In this document: one piece after another, positions 42,309-52,972 of the stretch
How the letters are laid out: each line of letters begins with the position of its first letter
Numbering within the stretch: position 1 is the stretch's first letter
From: Oxynema aestuarii AP17
Lineage (GTDB): Bacteria > Cyanobacteriota > Cyanobacteriia > Cyanobacteriales > Laspinemataceae
Reading direction: 5' to 3'
NCBI RefSeq assembly: GCF_012295525.1
Contig: NZ_CP051167.1
Coordinates: forward strand, 5,941,299 to 6,005,298
Length of the DNA: 64,000 bases
Translations under genes and position numbers: made by a program
Notes under the pieces: model-generated
What the model was told of the DNA's origin: nothing
Seen by the model: the letters and a program-made list of their open reading frames with translations, nothing else
Databases searched by the model: none

Positions 42309-43349
42309 ATGACTTTTTCGACTAAAAAGAGCGCCGCTTTACACGAGAGCTTGTCTAATTTGAAAACTCATCTCCTCGGTTTAGCTCAAAGCGAAACCTT
42401 TTTCTACATCCTCAAGCGATTATTACAAGCGCTCTTGACGCTGTTTCTCGCCTCCGCTTTGAGTTTTTTTATCATTCAATTAGCCCCTGGAGATTATTTA
42501 GATAACCTCCGTCAAAATCCCCAAATTTCCAAAGAAACTCTCGACCAACTTCAAGCTCGATTCGGCTTGGACCGATCGCCGATCGCTCAATATTTTCTCT
42601 GGCTGAAACAAGTCCTGACCCAAGGCGATTTTGGCACCAGTTTCGTCTACCGTCGCCCCGTCGCCGAACTCCTCTGGGAACGCATCCCCAATACCCTCTT
42701 ACTCTCGATTTCATCCCTCCTGCTCACTTGGGCGATCGCCCTCCCCCTCGGTATCGTCGGCGCCGTCAATCAAAATCGCTGGCTCGATCGCGTCCTGCGC
42801 GTCCTCAGCTATACCGGACAAGGGTTTCCCAGCTTCATCACCGCCTTACTCCTCCTCCTGTTCGCCCAAATCACCTCCCCCCTCTTCCCCGTCGGCGACA
42901 TGCGCAGCGTCTACCACGACCAACTCACCCCATTGGGTCAAATCGTCGATATCGCTTGGCACATGATTTTACCGACTCTCGCCCTCAGTATCACCAGTTT
43001 TGCAGGATTGCAGCGCATCACGCGCGGCGAATTACTCGACGTTCTGCGCCAAGAGTACATCCAAACTGCCCGCGCTAAAGGTTTACCAGAAAATCGCGTG
43101 ATCTACGTCCATGCTTTACGCAATGCGGTCAATCCTTTAATCACTCTCTTGGGTTTTGAGTTTGCCAGTTTGCTCGGCGGTGCATTTATTGCTGAATTTT
43201 TCTTTAACTGGCCCGGGTTGGGGCGCTTGATTTTACAAGCGGTTCAATCCCAAGATATTTATTTAGTTATGGCCAGTTTGATGATGGGAGGCATGATGTT
43301 AATTGTCGGTAATTTATTGGCTGATTTCAGAAGTGTTGAACGGTACTAA
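42309..43349 (+). CDS. ABC transporter permease, DppB/OppB type, 3' end replaced by IS sequence.
   Basis: It has multiple TM segments and the EAA loop YIQTARAKGLPENRVI. The last seven codons (RSVERY*) are encoded by the left end of the IS4-family element. Confidence 0.8.
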   Translation: MTFSTKKSAALHESLSNLKTHLLGLAQSETFFYILKRLLQALLTLFLASALSFFIIQLAPGDYLDNLRQNPQISKETLDQLQARFGLDRSPIAQYFLWLKQVLTQGDFGTSFVYRRPVAELLWERIPNTLLLSISSLLLTWAIALPLGIVGAVNQNRWLDRVLRVLSYTGQGFPSFITALLLLLFAQITSPLFPVGDMRSVYHDQLTPLGQIVDIAWHMILPTLALSITSFAGLQRITRGELLDVLRQEYIQTARAKGLPENRVIYVHALRNAVNPLITLLGFEFASLLGGAFIAEFFFNWPGLGRLILQAVQSQDIYLVMASLMMGGMMLIVGNLLADFRSVERY

Positions 43350-44503
43350 TGAATTAGCATAAAATAGATACAAGAATCCTATGAAAAGCTGATTTCAGTG
43401 ATGGAAAACTAGCTCTCTAAACCAGTGGACATAACTAATCTTTTCACACATAAAAGCCTGTAAATATCGCAACTTATCTAATAATGATGAACCCCATTCT
43501 TGGTTAATTTTTACTAATTTTAAAATTAGATATCCGATTAAACAGCAATAAATCTGGATTTCCATTCCATTCACATTTTTCGTGATAAATTTATCCAACT
43601 TTAAGTGCATTTTCAAGAACTTCCACAGCAATTCAATTTGCCAGCGTAGTCGATAAAATTCACCAATTTCTTCGTTACTTATTCCTCCTTCTCCTGTCTC
43701 TGGCAAATTCGTCACTAAGCGAAATTCAGTTTTTTCTTCCCGGTCGCAAAACATTACTACTCTTCCTTGTACTTGTGCTGTTCCTGTCCCCATTAAATAT
43801 TCCCCATTCTCTAACATTTCTAATTTAATGTTTTTTCGGATTCTCAAGACGAAGTAGCGATTTTTTTGAGCTTGAAGTTGGGCAATTCTTTCTAAGCTGC
43901 AAAAACCTCTATCCATTACGGCGACTCCGTTTTCCGGCGTGGCTTCTATCGTTTCATTTCCATATTTGCTATCGTGTCCTTGACCCAAATGAATTGATAT
44001 TCCTCCTGGGTTTCCTGTCACTAAGTTAATGCCACTAAACAGTTTCAATTGGTGATATCCTTGATGCCATAAGAGTTTACTCGTCAAAGTGATAATGGTT
44101 GAATCTAAAGGAAATATCATCAACTCTTTATCTGAATTTTGGGATTTTTTGGCTACTTCTTTTTTCAATTCATCCCACAATCGATGAAAAACTTCTGGAC
44201 TACGAGTTTTACTGGCTTTTGAGAAGGTTGATATATCTACGGATTCTCCGCGAATATTTAGTCTTTTAAACAAACTTCTCATCGTTGTTTGACTCTGGTC
44301 TAAAATGAAATTTAGCCAAATTGAGACAAACTTGAAAGTGTCTAGTACTGGATAATCGTCTTGGGGCAGATGACTTAGATGTTTTTGGAGAATTTCAGGA
44401 AAGTTTGATACAATCATTGTTAAGTATTTATCGAAATATTGCCCCTATTTTACTTGATTAGGGACTTTTTTTGTCAAATTTCTCTTAACATTCAACACTT
44501 CTG
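43328..44503. mobile_element. IS4-family insertion sequence (1176 bp) with 13-bp perfect terminal inverted repeats and 9-bp target-site duplication.
   Basis: The left IR is CAGAAGTGTTGAA (43328-43340). The right IR is TTCAACACTTCTG (44491-44503). The TSD GGCTGATTT lies at 43319-43327 and 44504-44512. The interior is AT-rich. Confidence 0.8.
43395..44417 (-). CDS. IS4-family DDE transposase.
   Basis: The 340-aa product has the C-terminal Y-x2-R-x3-E-x6-K motif (YRLRWQIELLWKFLK) typical of IS4-type transposases. Confidence 0.85.
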   Translation of the reverse strand: MIVSNFPEILQKHLSHLPQDDYPVLDTFKFVSIWLNFILDQSQTTMRSLFKRLNIRGESVDISTFSKASKTRSPEVFHRLWDELKKEVAKKSQNSDKELMIFPLDSTIITLTSKLLWHQGYHQLKLFSGINLVTGNPGGISIHLGQGHDSKYGNETIEATPENGVAVMDRGFCSLERIAQLQAQKNRYFVLRIRKNIKLEMLENGEYLMGTGTAQVQGRVVMFCDREEKTEFRLVTNLPETGEGGISNEEIGEFYRLRWQIELLWKFLKMHLKLDKFITKNVNGMEIQIYCCLIGYLILKLVKINQEWGSSLLDKLRYLQAFMCEKISYVHWFRELVFHH

Positions 44504-44504
44504 G

Positions 44505-44561
44505 GCTGATTTATTACTCAAAGCCGTCGATCCTCGCATTAAGTTGAGCAATCTTAAATGA
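44505..44561 (+). other. Displaced native 3' end of the permease gene (ADLLLKAVDPRIKLSNLK*).
   Basis: It reads in frame from the right TSD copy. The DPRI motif matches the C-terminus of the paralogous permease (...YIDPRIRY). Confidence 0.7.
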
Positions 44562-44798
44562 AATTTGAGGTGAGGACAGTTAAAAGCTAAAAGGGTTGAT
44601 TTTTCAAGTTGAAACAACAAGAAAAATGATGATTTTTTGAACAATAAAACATTGCTGCCTGTAGCCATTTTTAAAGGACCATATAGCAATCGTAAATCGG
44701 TTGTAAAATTTAGGGCTTTCTGGGGACAGGGAACTGCCGTTTTCCTAAGGGGATTTGGCGACTTTCCCGGGTCGATCTCAGATTCAATTGAGGATTGC

Positions 44799-44822
44799 TA
44801 TAAAATCTAAAATCTAAAATTC
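44799..44822. repeat. Tandem heptamer repeat (CTAAAAT x3) directly upstream of the start codon at 44829.
   Basis: ctataaaatctaaaatctaaaattcc. Confidence 0.7.
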
Positions 44823-44828
44823 CCAAAA

Positions 44829-45125
44829 ATGTTATCGCAAACTTATTATTTAGTTCGTTCTAAAGTAGACGGGCAATATTTAACCGCCAATCCCGATCGC
44901 CCGTCAGAACAAGTCAATAAGATAAGTTATCTGCTATTATTTTCAGAACATTTTGACGCTTTAACTTATCTGAATAAATATGGGGAAGATTTGCGCGATC
45001 GCCTCGCCGTAGAATCGATCCCCGGTTCGCAACTTCCCGGACTGCTCAAACGTTGGAGTTATTCGGGAATTGCGATCGTTCGCGATCCACTTTTACCTCA
45101 AGTTGAGTTTTTAGAAATGACTTGA
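44829..45125 (+). CDS. Small conserved hypothetical protein.
   Basis: A 98-aa ORF preceded by the heptamer repeats. Confidence 0.45.
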   Translation: MLSQTYYLVRSKVDGQYLTANPDRPSEQVNKISYLLLFSEHFDALTYLNKYGEDLRDRLAVESIPGSQLPGLLKRWSYSGIAIVRDPLLPQVEFLEMT

Positions 45126-45184
45126 ATGTTCAAATATCAGCGATTTTAAATAATTTATACAGCATTTTCCTCTGTCATTTAAGA

Positions 45185-45330
45185 CATTTAGAGCCCCCTA
45201 AATCTCCCTTAAAAATCCCCCTAAATCCCCCTTAAAAAGGGGGACTTTCCTCGTTCCCCCCGAAATCCCCCCTTCGCCCCCCTTTCAAAGGGGGGTTGGG
45301 GGGATTGGGGGATCGGCACTGTTGTACCTC
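45185..45330. repeat. C5-6/G5-6 nested-palindrome repeat cluster (MITE-like).
   Basis: There are successive CCCCC(C)-AT-GGGGG(G) hairpins, for example CCCCCTTAAAAAGGGGG and AATCCCCCC-ttcg-CCCCCCTTT-c-AAAGGGGGG-tt-GGGGGGATT. The same architecture recurs inside tnpB at 60468-60513. Confidence 0.7.
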
Positions 45331-45382
45331 ATCAGACGCCCGAGTGCTGTAAATCAATCAGGGAGCAAGATGCTCGCCCTAG

Positions 45383-46082
45383 TTAGTCATTTTCTCCAGA
45401 GGCGATCGCCTCCAAACTTTCACGATCGCCGATCGTGATTTTGCCGCCGCGACGGTAGGTAATCGCGGGTTTCATAGTTTTAATTAAGCGCACGCATTCT
45501 TCATAAGTAATCCCGACGGTGCGCGCCATTCGATAGTAAGATAACTCAATTTTCAATAGTTCTCCCCCCGGAACGCGATCGGTACCGTGGAGGGTGGCAA
45601 AATAAAGAATTAAGCGCGCCAAACGAACGATCGCCCGTTCCGAAACCAAACCGTGTACGGTGTCGTGTAACTGCTGCAAACGGCGGTTAAAAACGACTAA
45701 TAAACGCAATGCCAATTCTGGATTTTGGGCGATCGCGTCGAGCAATCCCTGACGGTCGAGCAGCAGCACTTGAGTATCACATAAAGCGATCGCCGTCGCC
45801 GGAGCGCTGCGATCGCCAAATAACGCCGGAGCGGCAAAAATTTCGCCAGAATGAATATTCCGTAAAATTGTTTCTTTTCCGGTTGGAGCAATTTTTTTAA
45901 CTTGCAATTCTCCCTCGATTAAAGCGTGTAAAGCTTCCGGGAGGCGATCGCCTTCATGAATGACAATTTCGCCACTGTGATAGTCTTGAATGCGCGCGTG
46001 GGGTTGCAACCGTTGCAGTTCGGCGGGTTCCAACCCACTAAAAACCGCAATCTTTGCTAATGTTTCGACAGTCGCCTGCATG
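45383..46082 (-). CDS. Crp/Fnr-family transcriptional regulator (cNMP-binding domain plus HTH).
   Basis: An N-terminal cNMP-binding fold (FSGLEPAELQRL...GEIFAAPALF) is followed by a C-terminal HTH (YRMARTVGITYEECVRLIK). The start is set at MQATVETLAK. Confidence 0.8.
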
Positions 46083-46204
46083 GTCGAGCTTCCCGATTCA
46101 ATCGAGGCATTTTGAAACGATCGCCGCCGGGATCGACCCGATCGCGATCGGATCGAAGCACCGCCAAACAAGGCAAAAGCGCGATCGCATCGCTTTTGCC
46201 TTTT

Positions 46205-47350
46205 CTACGAACTCGATCGCGCAGCAGAAGCTAAGCGCTGACCTTGCAAAACCCCTTGATAATATTGACTTAACTGACGGGTCGCGGCGGCCCAACTCCA
46301 GCGTTGCGCTTCAGTGCGTGCGTTGTGGCGCAAACTGTCGCGTTCCGACCCATTGGCGAGCAAGCGTCGAGTCGCGGCGATCGCCCCATCGTCGTCATCC
46401 GGGTCGAACAAGTAACCATTGACGCCGTCGGTGACGATATCGAGAATCCCACCGCGTGCGGCGGCGACCACCGGACACCCGGCAGCCATGGCTTCCAACA
46501 GCACTAACCCCAGAGTTTCCGTGCGCGACGGGAAGATAAACGCATCCGCCGAAGCAAAAGCGCTGGCGAGTTCTTCCCCGTGGAGGTAGCCGACAAAATG
46601 GGTCGCCGTTCCGGCGAAATAGGCTTCGAGTTGGGCGCGGTTGGGACCGTCGCCGACCAACGCCAGACGGGCGCCGGGAATCGCTTCGAGGACGGGTTTA
46701 ATCCGATCGATCTCTTTTTCCGCCCCCAGGCGTCCGACGAACAGTAGTAAAGGACTGTCCGGGTGACCTTGAGAAAGGCGCGATCGCATGTCGCGGCTGG
46801 CTAATTCCGGGCGGAACAGTTCCGTATCGACTCCCCGTTGCCATAAATCGACCCGCTCGATCCCGTGAGCGCGCAACTCTTCCACCATTGCCATCGACGT
46901 ACACAAATTGAGTGCGGCTTGGTTGTGCGCGCCTTTGAGCAGTTCCCACAACAACGGTTCGAGCATCCCGAATCCGTAGTGATGGAGATATTGGGGTAAA
47001 TGAGTGTGGTAAGAGGCGACTAAGGGGATTTTGAGGTTTTTTGCGTAATAGATACCGCCAAGACCCAAAATTGCCGGGTTGACGACATGAATGAGGTCGG
47101 GGTCGAACTTTTCGAGAACCCGTCGAATCGAGGGAGTCGGCAGGGCGATTTTGAGTTCGGGATACATCGGTAAGGGATAACCCGTTACCCCGTACACCTT
47201 AGCCCCTTGGTACTCGTCGATGCCGTAATCGGGGGAGAACACGAGGACGCGATCGCCAGCACGCTGTAAGTGTTCGACGGTTCGGCACAGTCGCGTCACG
47301 ATCCCATCTACTTTGGGATAAAAGGTTTCGGTGAAAAGGGCTACTCTCAT
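46205..47350 (-). CDS. sqdX: Sulfoquinovosyl diacylglycerol synthase-type GT4 glycosyltransferase (SqdX-like).
   Basis: A GT4 fold (MRVALFTETFYPKVDGIV ... EAMAAGCPVVA) lies immediately downstream of sqdB, the arrangement seen in cyanobacteria. Confidence 0.75.
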   Translation of the reverse strand: MRVALFTETFYPKVDGIVTRLCRTVEHLQRAGDRVLVFSPDYGIDEYQGAKVYGVTGYPLPMYPELKIALPTPSIRRVLEKFDPDLIHVVNPAILGLGGIYYAKNLKIPLVASYHTHLPQYLHHYGFGMLEPLLWELLKGAHNQAALNLCTSMAMVEELRAHGIERVDLWQRGVDTELFRPELASRDMRSRLSQGHPDSPLLLFVGRLGAEKEIDRIKPVLEAIPGARLALVGDGPNRAQLEAYFAGTATHFVGYLHGEELASAFASADAFIFPSRTETLGLVLLEAMAAGCPVVAAARGGILDIVTDGVNGYLFDPDDDDGAIAATRRLLANGSERDSLRHNARTEAQRWSWAAATRQLSQYYQGVLQGQRLASAARSSS

Positions 47351-47535
47351 AAAAAATTTCCAGACAACCGACGGTCCGAGCGGCTGGTTAACACGGCTCA
47401 CGAACGACAGAAACGAGCGATCGTGGCTCTTAAAAAGCTAGAGGGGAGGGGGCGAATCGCGATCTCGAACCCGCCGGAAGATCGCGAAATCGGCGATCGC
47501 CCCGAGAAGACCCCTCAAAGGTCAACGGCGGACGT

Positions 47536-49453
<1,918 letters not shown>

Positions 49454-49562
49454 TTCTATGCTTAAACTTCAATTAACCCATCCATGCTCTCCTCATCGTT
49501 GAGGGGGCAAGGAGGACGAACATTCCCTCTATTTTAGAATGACTGGCGATCGCCGATCCCCT

Positions 49563-50798
49563 TTAGATCCCGATCGCCTCGTCAGTTTTCACCCGCAATA
49601 GCAAAAACTGGGTGAGGCGATCGTCACTAAAATTATCGTCGCTGACCACGATCAAACTGACCGACCCATCGGGCAATCGCGGACCGAAACTCATCCCCTC
49701 CAAATTGTGAATCGGAACCCCCAACTCGGCAAAATCTAAGACTAACTTCTTCTCAATCGGAGCAACTTTCGTTAACTGCCCTTTCAAACTGGCAATTCTC
49801 GACGTATCCGTCGCCGAACCCAGGGTAATTTGAAAGATCTTCGCTTCGTAACCGAGAAAGCCAAAAGAACGCTCTAAACTCAACAAGTGACCGCCGCGAT
49901 CTAATGCCAGCAAATCGGTTAATCCCGTAAATAAACTCCATCGTTCGTCCGTGTCGAGTTCGTAGAGGTGCTCGGCGATCGGAATCGGCGGTCCGTCGCC
50001 GATCAGATAGTGCAGCAGGCGATTTTTCGGCTTCAATCCCGCCTCGGGATCGTCTAAATCTTGTACGAGGGGGGCTTCGGTCGCCGTAAATAACCGAATC
50101 GGATCCACACTCGGATCCCCGAAGCTGCGGGCGTTGAGGGTGAGCGATTCAAACCCTAAATTCTCTTGAACTCCCCGGGTTTGACCGTTTTCGGTCTCGT
50201 CGGGGAGATAGGTTTTCGGAATCGGGACGCCCCGTTGCCATTGTCCGGTTTCTAGGTCGTACTCGGCGACGAAAGGAGCAATCTGTTTGCGATTGACCCC
50301 TTCGCTGGAGATGTAGAGTTGGTGGGGTGGGGCGAAGGCGATTCCTTCGGGATTGATTTCGCCGATGGGATAGGGACGATTGTTTTCGTTGCGGATTTCG
50401 GTAACGTTCTCGATTTCGAGCTTTTGAATGCCGATCGCGTCAGGATTGCTAGAATCCAGGGTAAGTTTGAGGGTGTAGAAACGGGCCGGTCCGTAGTTTC
50501 CGCGATCGTCGGAAATGGCGTAGAAGCGATCGCGCCCGCGATCGTAGGTTATCCCGGATAACCCGCCGATTTGGGTTCCCTGAAAACTGCTCCCGGTTAA
50601 TTTATATTCGTCTAAAAATTCTAGGGAAAGGTCGAGAAACATCCGATCTTGCGCGGAGACTGCAGGTAATGTACAGCCACTCAAGAGATTGGAGATCGCT
50701 AAAACTAATGCGACTAGGGCGATCGCCCCTTTGCGAAAACCAAATTTTACGAACTGCTTCCCTTGCTGCAACACTCGAACCTCTGAATTATTACCCAT
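49563..50798 (-). CDS. Lipoprotein of the 'esterase-like activity of phytase' family.
   Basis: A lipobox LLSGC is followed by the motif ISDDRGNYGPARFYTL typical of that family. Confidence 0.55.
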   Translation of the reverse strand: MGNNSEVRVLQQGKQFVKFGFRKGAIALVALVLAISNLLSGCTLPAVSAQDRMFLDLSLEFLDEYKLTGSSFQGTQIGGLSGITYDRGRDRFYAISDDRGNYGPARFYTLKLTLDSSNPDAIGIQKLEIENVTEIRNENNRPYPIGEINPEGIAFAPPHQLYISSEGVNRKQIAPFVAEYDLETGQWQRGVPIPKTYLPDETENGQTRGVQENLGFESLTLNARSFGDPSVDPIRLFTATEAPLVQDLDDPEAGLKPKNRLLHYLIGDGPPIPIAEHLYELDTDERWSLFTGLTDLLALDRGGHLLSLERSFGFLGYEAKIFQITLGSATDTSRIASLKGQLTKVAPIEKKLVLDFAELGVPIHNLEGMSFGPRLPDGSVSLIVVSDDNFSDDRLTQFLLLRVKTDEAIGI

Positions 50799-51135
50799 TA
50801 GCTATCTTACCGAAAATTTGGGTTTAAAGCCCCGGCCTGCTAGGACGGTTTTTCTTCTTGTAATCTGTCAATCTAATCTTCAATCATCTGAATCATTGTC
50901 TTGCGTTTTTGCTTGGAAATTCTTCTCAGTTTTGTGAGTCTTTCACTGTCAAAATGCTCGATCTTTCCTCGATCGTCCTACCCACTGGCTACCGATCCAC
51001 GTTATCATAAATCCCATGAAGATATTGAAGTTTAAGTTATACAGCCACAAGCACAATAGGCACCTCAAGCGGTCAATTAATGCGGCTGGGGTTTTTTATA
51101 ACCATTGCATTGCTCTCCATAAACCGTACTAGCGT

Positions 51136-51453
51136 ATGGGGGGTAAGCACTTGAACTGTGCAAAACTTCAGTCTCATCTGGTCAAGTTGCGAAAGCGTAA
51201 TCCCTGCTGGAAATGGGTTGGCTCTCAGGCGGTGCAGGAAAGCTGTCAACGTATTGAGAAAGCCGATGGATGGTTCTTCAAGCCTCATAAAAAAGGAGTT
51301 AGATCCCCCGGATTTAAGAAGGTTAAAAAGTACAATTCCTGCACCCTGAAGCAAGCTGGATACAAGTTTCTAGGCGGTAATCGGGTCAAGATTGAGAATC
51401 GAGTCGATCGGTTTTGGAACTCCAGAGAAATAGAAGGGGTGAAACTGTCTTGA
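51136..51453 (+). pseudogene. Internal fragment of an IS200/IS605-family tnpB.
   Basis: The fragment ...SQAVQESCQRIEKADGWFFK...GVRSPGFKKVKKYNSCTLKQAGYKF...NRVKI parallels the SQ-L..AF.NFF...G.P.FK.K....S..Y region of the full TnpB at 60078..61304. It has no N-terminus and no RuvC domains. Confidence 0.5.
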
Positions 51454-51515
51454 AGAGTCACAATTTGTTTCAATTTGCGTTTTTCTGGCATGATTTAGCC
51501 CATTTTGCCAAATTT

Positions 51516-52790
51516 ATGTACAAATTACCCCCGATTTTGACAAAAACCCGTTTTCAACGGTTTACAGGCTGTTTTGGTTTCGCTCAGATTCCCATTAGTC
51601 TGCTGGCGATCGCCCTATGGAGTGGGGCGCCCGCCCCGGTTGGCGCCCGTTCGGAAACGACGGAAGCACCGCCGATTCCGGCGACGGAGTCTTCGGAAAT
51701 GGCGCCGGATCCCCTGTTGCCCAATCCTCCTGAAGACGGTGTATTGCCTCCAGAACGCCGTCAATCTCTGGAATTGGCGTTGGATCGCCTCAATGCGGAA
51801 GCGTTGGCTCAATTGGCGGCGGGAAATGGGAAAGAGGCGTTTAAATTGTGGAATCGGGAATTACGGTTGCGTCGCTATCTCGGCCCGATCGCCGAAGTGC
51901 AGGCGTTGAGTCGGGTGGGGGCGATCGCGTGGCAACAGGAGGAGTTAACTCAAGTCGAAATTGTCGAGACCCGCTTGGAGGCGATTCACCAGGAGTTTTG
52001 TCCGGGGGGTCAGTTATGCGATTTGGCGCTTTTGCGGGAGTTGGGAGGAGCATTCGAGCAGGTGCGATCGCGGGATCTCGCTATTCGCGTCTACAGCAAA
52101 CTGTTGGGTAATGCCCGTCAACGGGAAGATATTGAGGAAATTAAGCTTAATTTAGAAAAAATTGGACAATTACAGGTAGAAAATCTCGACTATCGAGCTG
52201 CCGCTCCCTATTACGAAGAATTGCTTGCTCATGCGACAGCACGAAACGATCGCGAGGCTCAAATCGGTTATATCGAGCGCTTGATTTTCGTGTACGCCCA
52301 AGGACGCGATCGCGAACGGGCGATCGTCATGCGCCAACAACTGATCGCCCACTATTTAAACGTGCAGGATTTACGCAAAGTTCCGCAGTTGAAAGTGGCG
52401 GTGGGCGTCAATTACCAACTGCTGGGCAAACTGCCGGAGGCGATCGAAAATTACCGCGAAGCTTATACGATGGCTTGGTCGCTCCAACAATTCCAAGTGG
52501 CTCGCGAAGCCCTGCAACAATTGGCGGACTTGTATTATTCTTTAGAGAAAGTTGATGAAGCGTTGCAAGTTTACGAGGCGATGTTAGTTGTCGATCGCCG
52601 CGCCACCAATCTTTACGGATTGATGGAGAGTTTCGATCGCATCGGCCAAATTCAGCGCGATCGTGGGGCCTATCCGGAAGCGCTCGCCGCCTTCCAAAGC
52701 GCTTTAGAATTGGCTCAACGCCTCGATGCCCCCACGGATCGATTCAGCCGCCAAATCGAGGAAATCGTCCGCCAATCTGCTCAACAATAA
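51516..52790 (+). CDS. Secreted TPR-like hypothetical protein.
   Basis: A signal-like ISLLAIALWSGAPAPVGA is followed by helical repeat-rich sequence. The start is set at MYKLPP. Confidence 0.5.
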   Translation: MYKLPPILTKTRFQRFTGCFGFAQIPISLLAIALWSGAPAPVGARSETTEAPPIPATESSEMAPDPLLPNPPEDGVLPPERRQSLELALDRLNAEALAQLAAGNGKEAFKLWNRELRLRRYLGPIAEVQALSRVGAIAWQQEELTQVEIVETRLEAIHQEFCPGGQLCDLALLRELGGAFEQVRSRDLAIRVYSKLLGNARQREDIEEIKLNLEKIGQLQVENLDYRAAAPYYEELLAHATARNDREAQIGYIERLIFVYAQGRDRERAIVMRQQLIAHYLNVQDLRKVPQLKVAVGVNYQLLGKLPEAIENYREAYTMAWSLQQFQVAREALQQLADLYYSLEKVDEALQVYEAMLVVDRRATNLYGLMESFDRIGQIQRDRGAYPEALAAFQSALELAQRLDAPTDRFSRQIEEIVRQSAQQ

Positions 52791-52924
52791 GCGGCGACGG
52801 GCTAAAAATTTGAGTTTAATTTTAGAATTGATGGGTTACACTTTTCGGCGATCGGGTTGGGTGGCGCTCAGGGGTTGGCGATCGCTGCCGAAGGATGCGT
52901 ACACCACAGCCTGTTGAGTGGCAA

Positions 52925-52968
52925 TCTAAAATCTAAAACCTAAAACCTAAAATCTAAAATCTAAAATT
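52925..52968. repeat. Tandem heptamer repeat (CTAAAAT/CTAAAAC x6) directly upstream of the decarboxylase start codon.
   Basis: tctaaaatctaaaacctaaaacctaaaatctaaaatctaaaattcc. Confidence 0.75.
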
Positions 52969-52972
52969 CCTC

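Noticed and set aside
43328-44503. The possibility that the IS4 element is part of a composite transposon with the TnpB relics.
   Set aside because: The flanks are unrelated. The TnpB relic at 41 kb is a different family, and there are no matching IRs.
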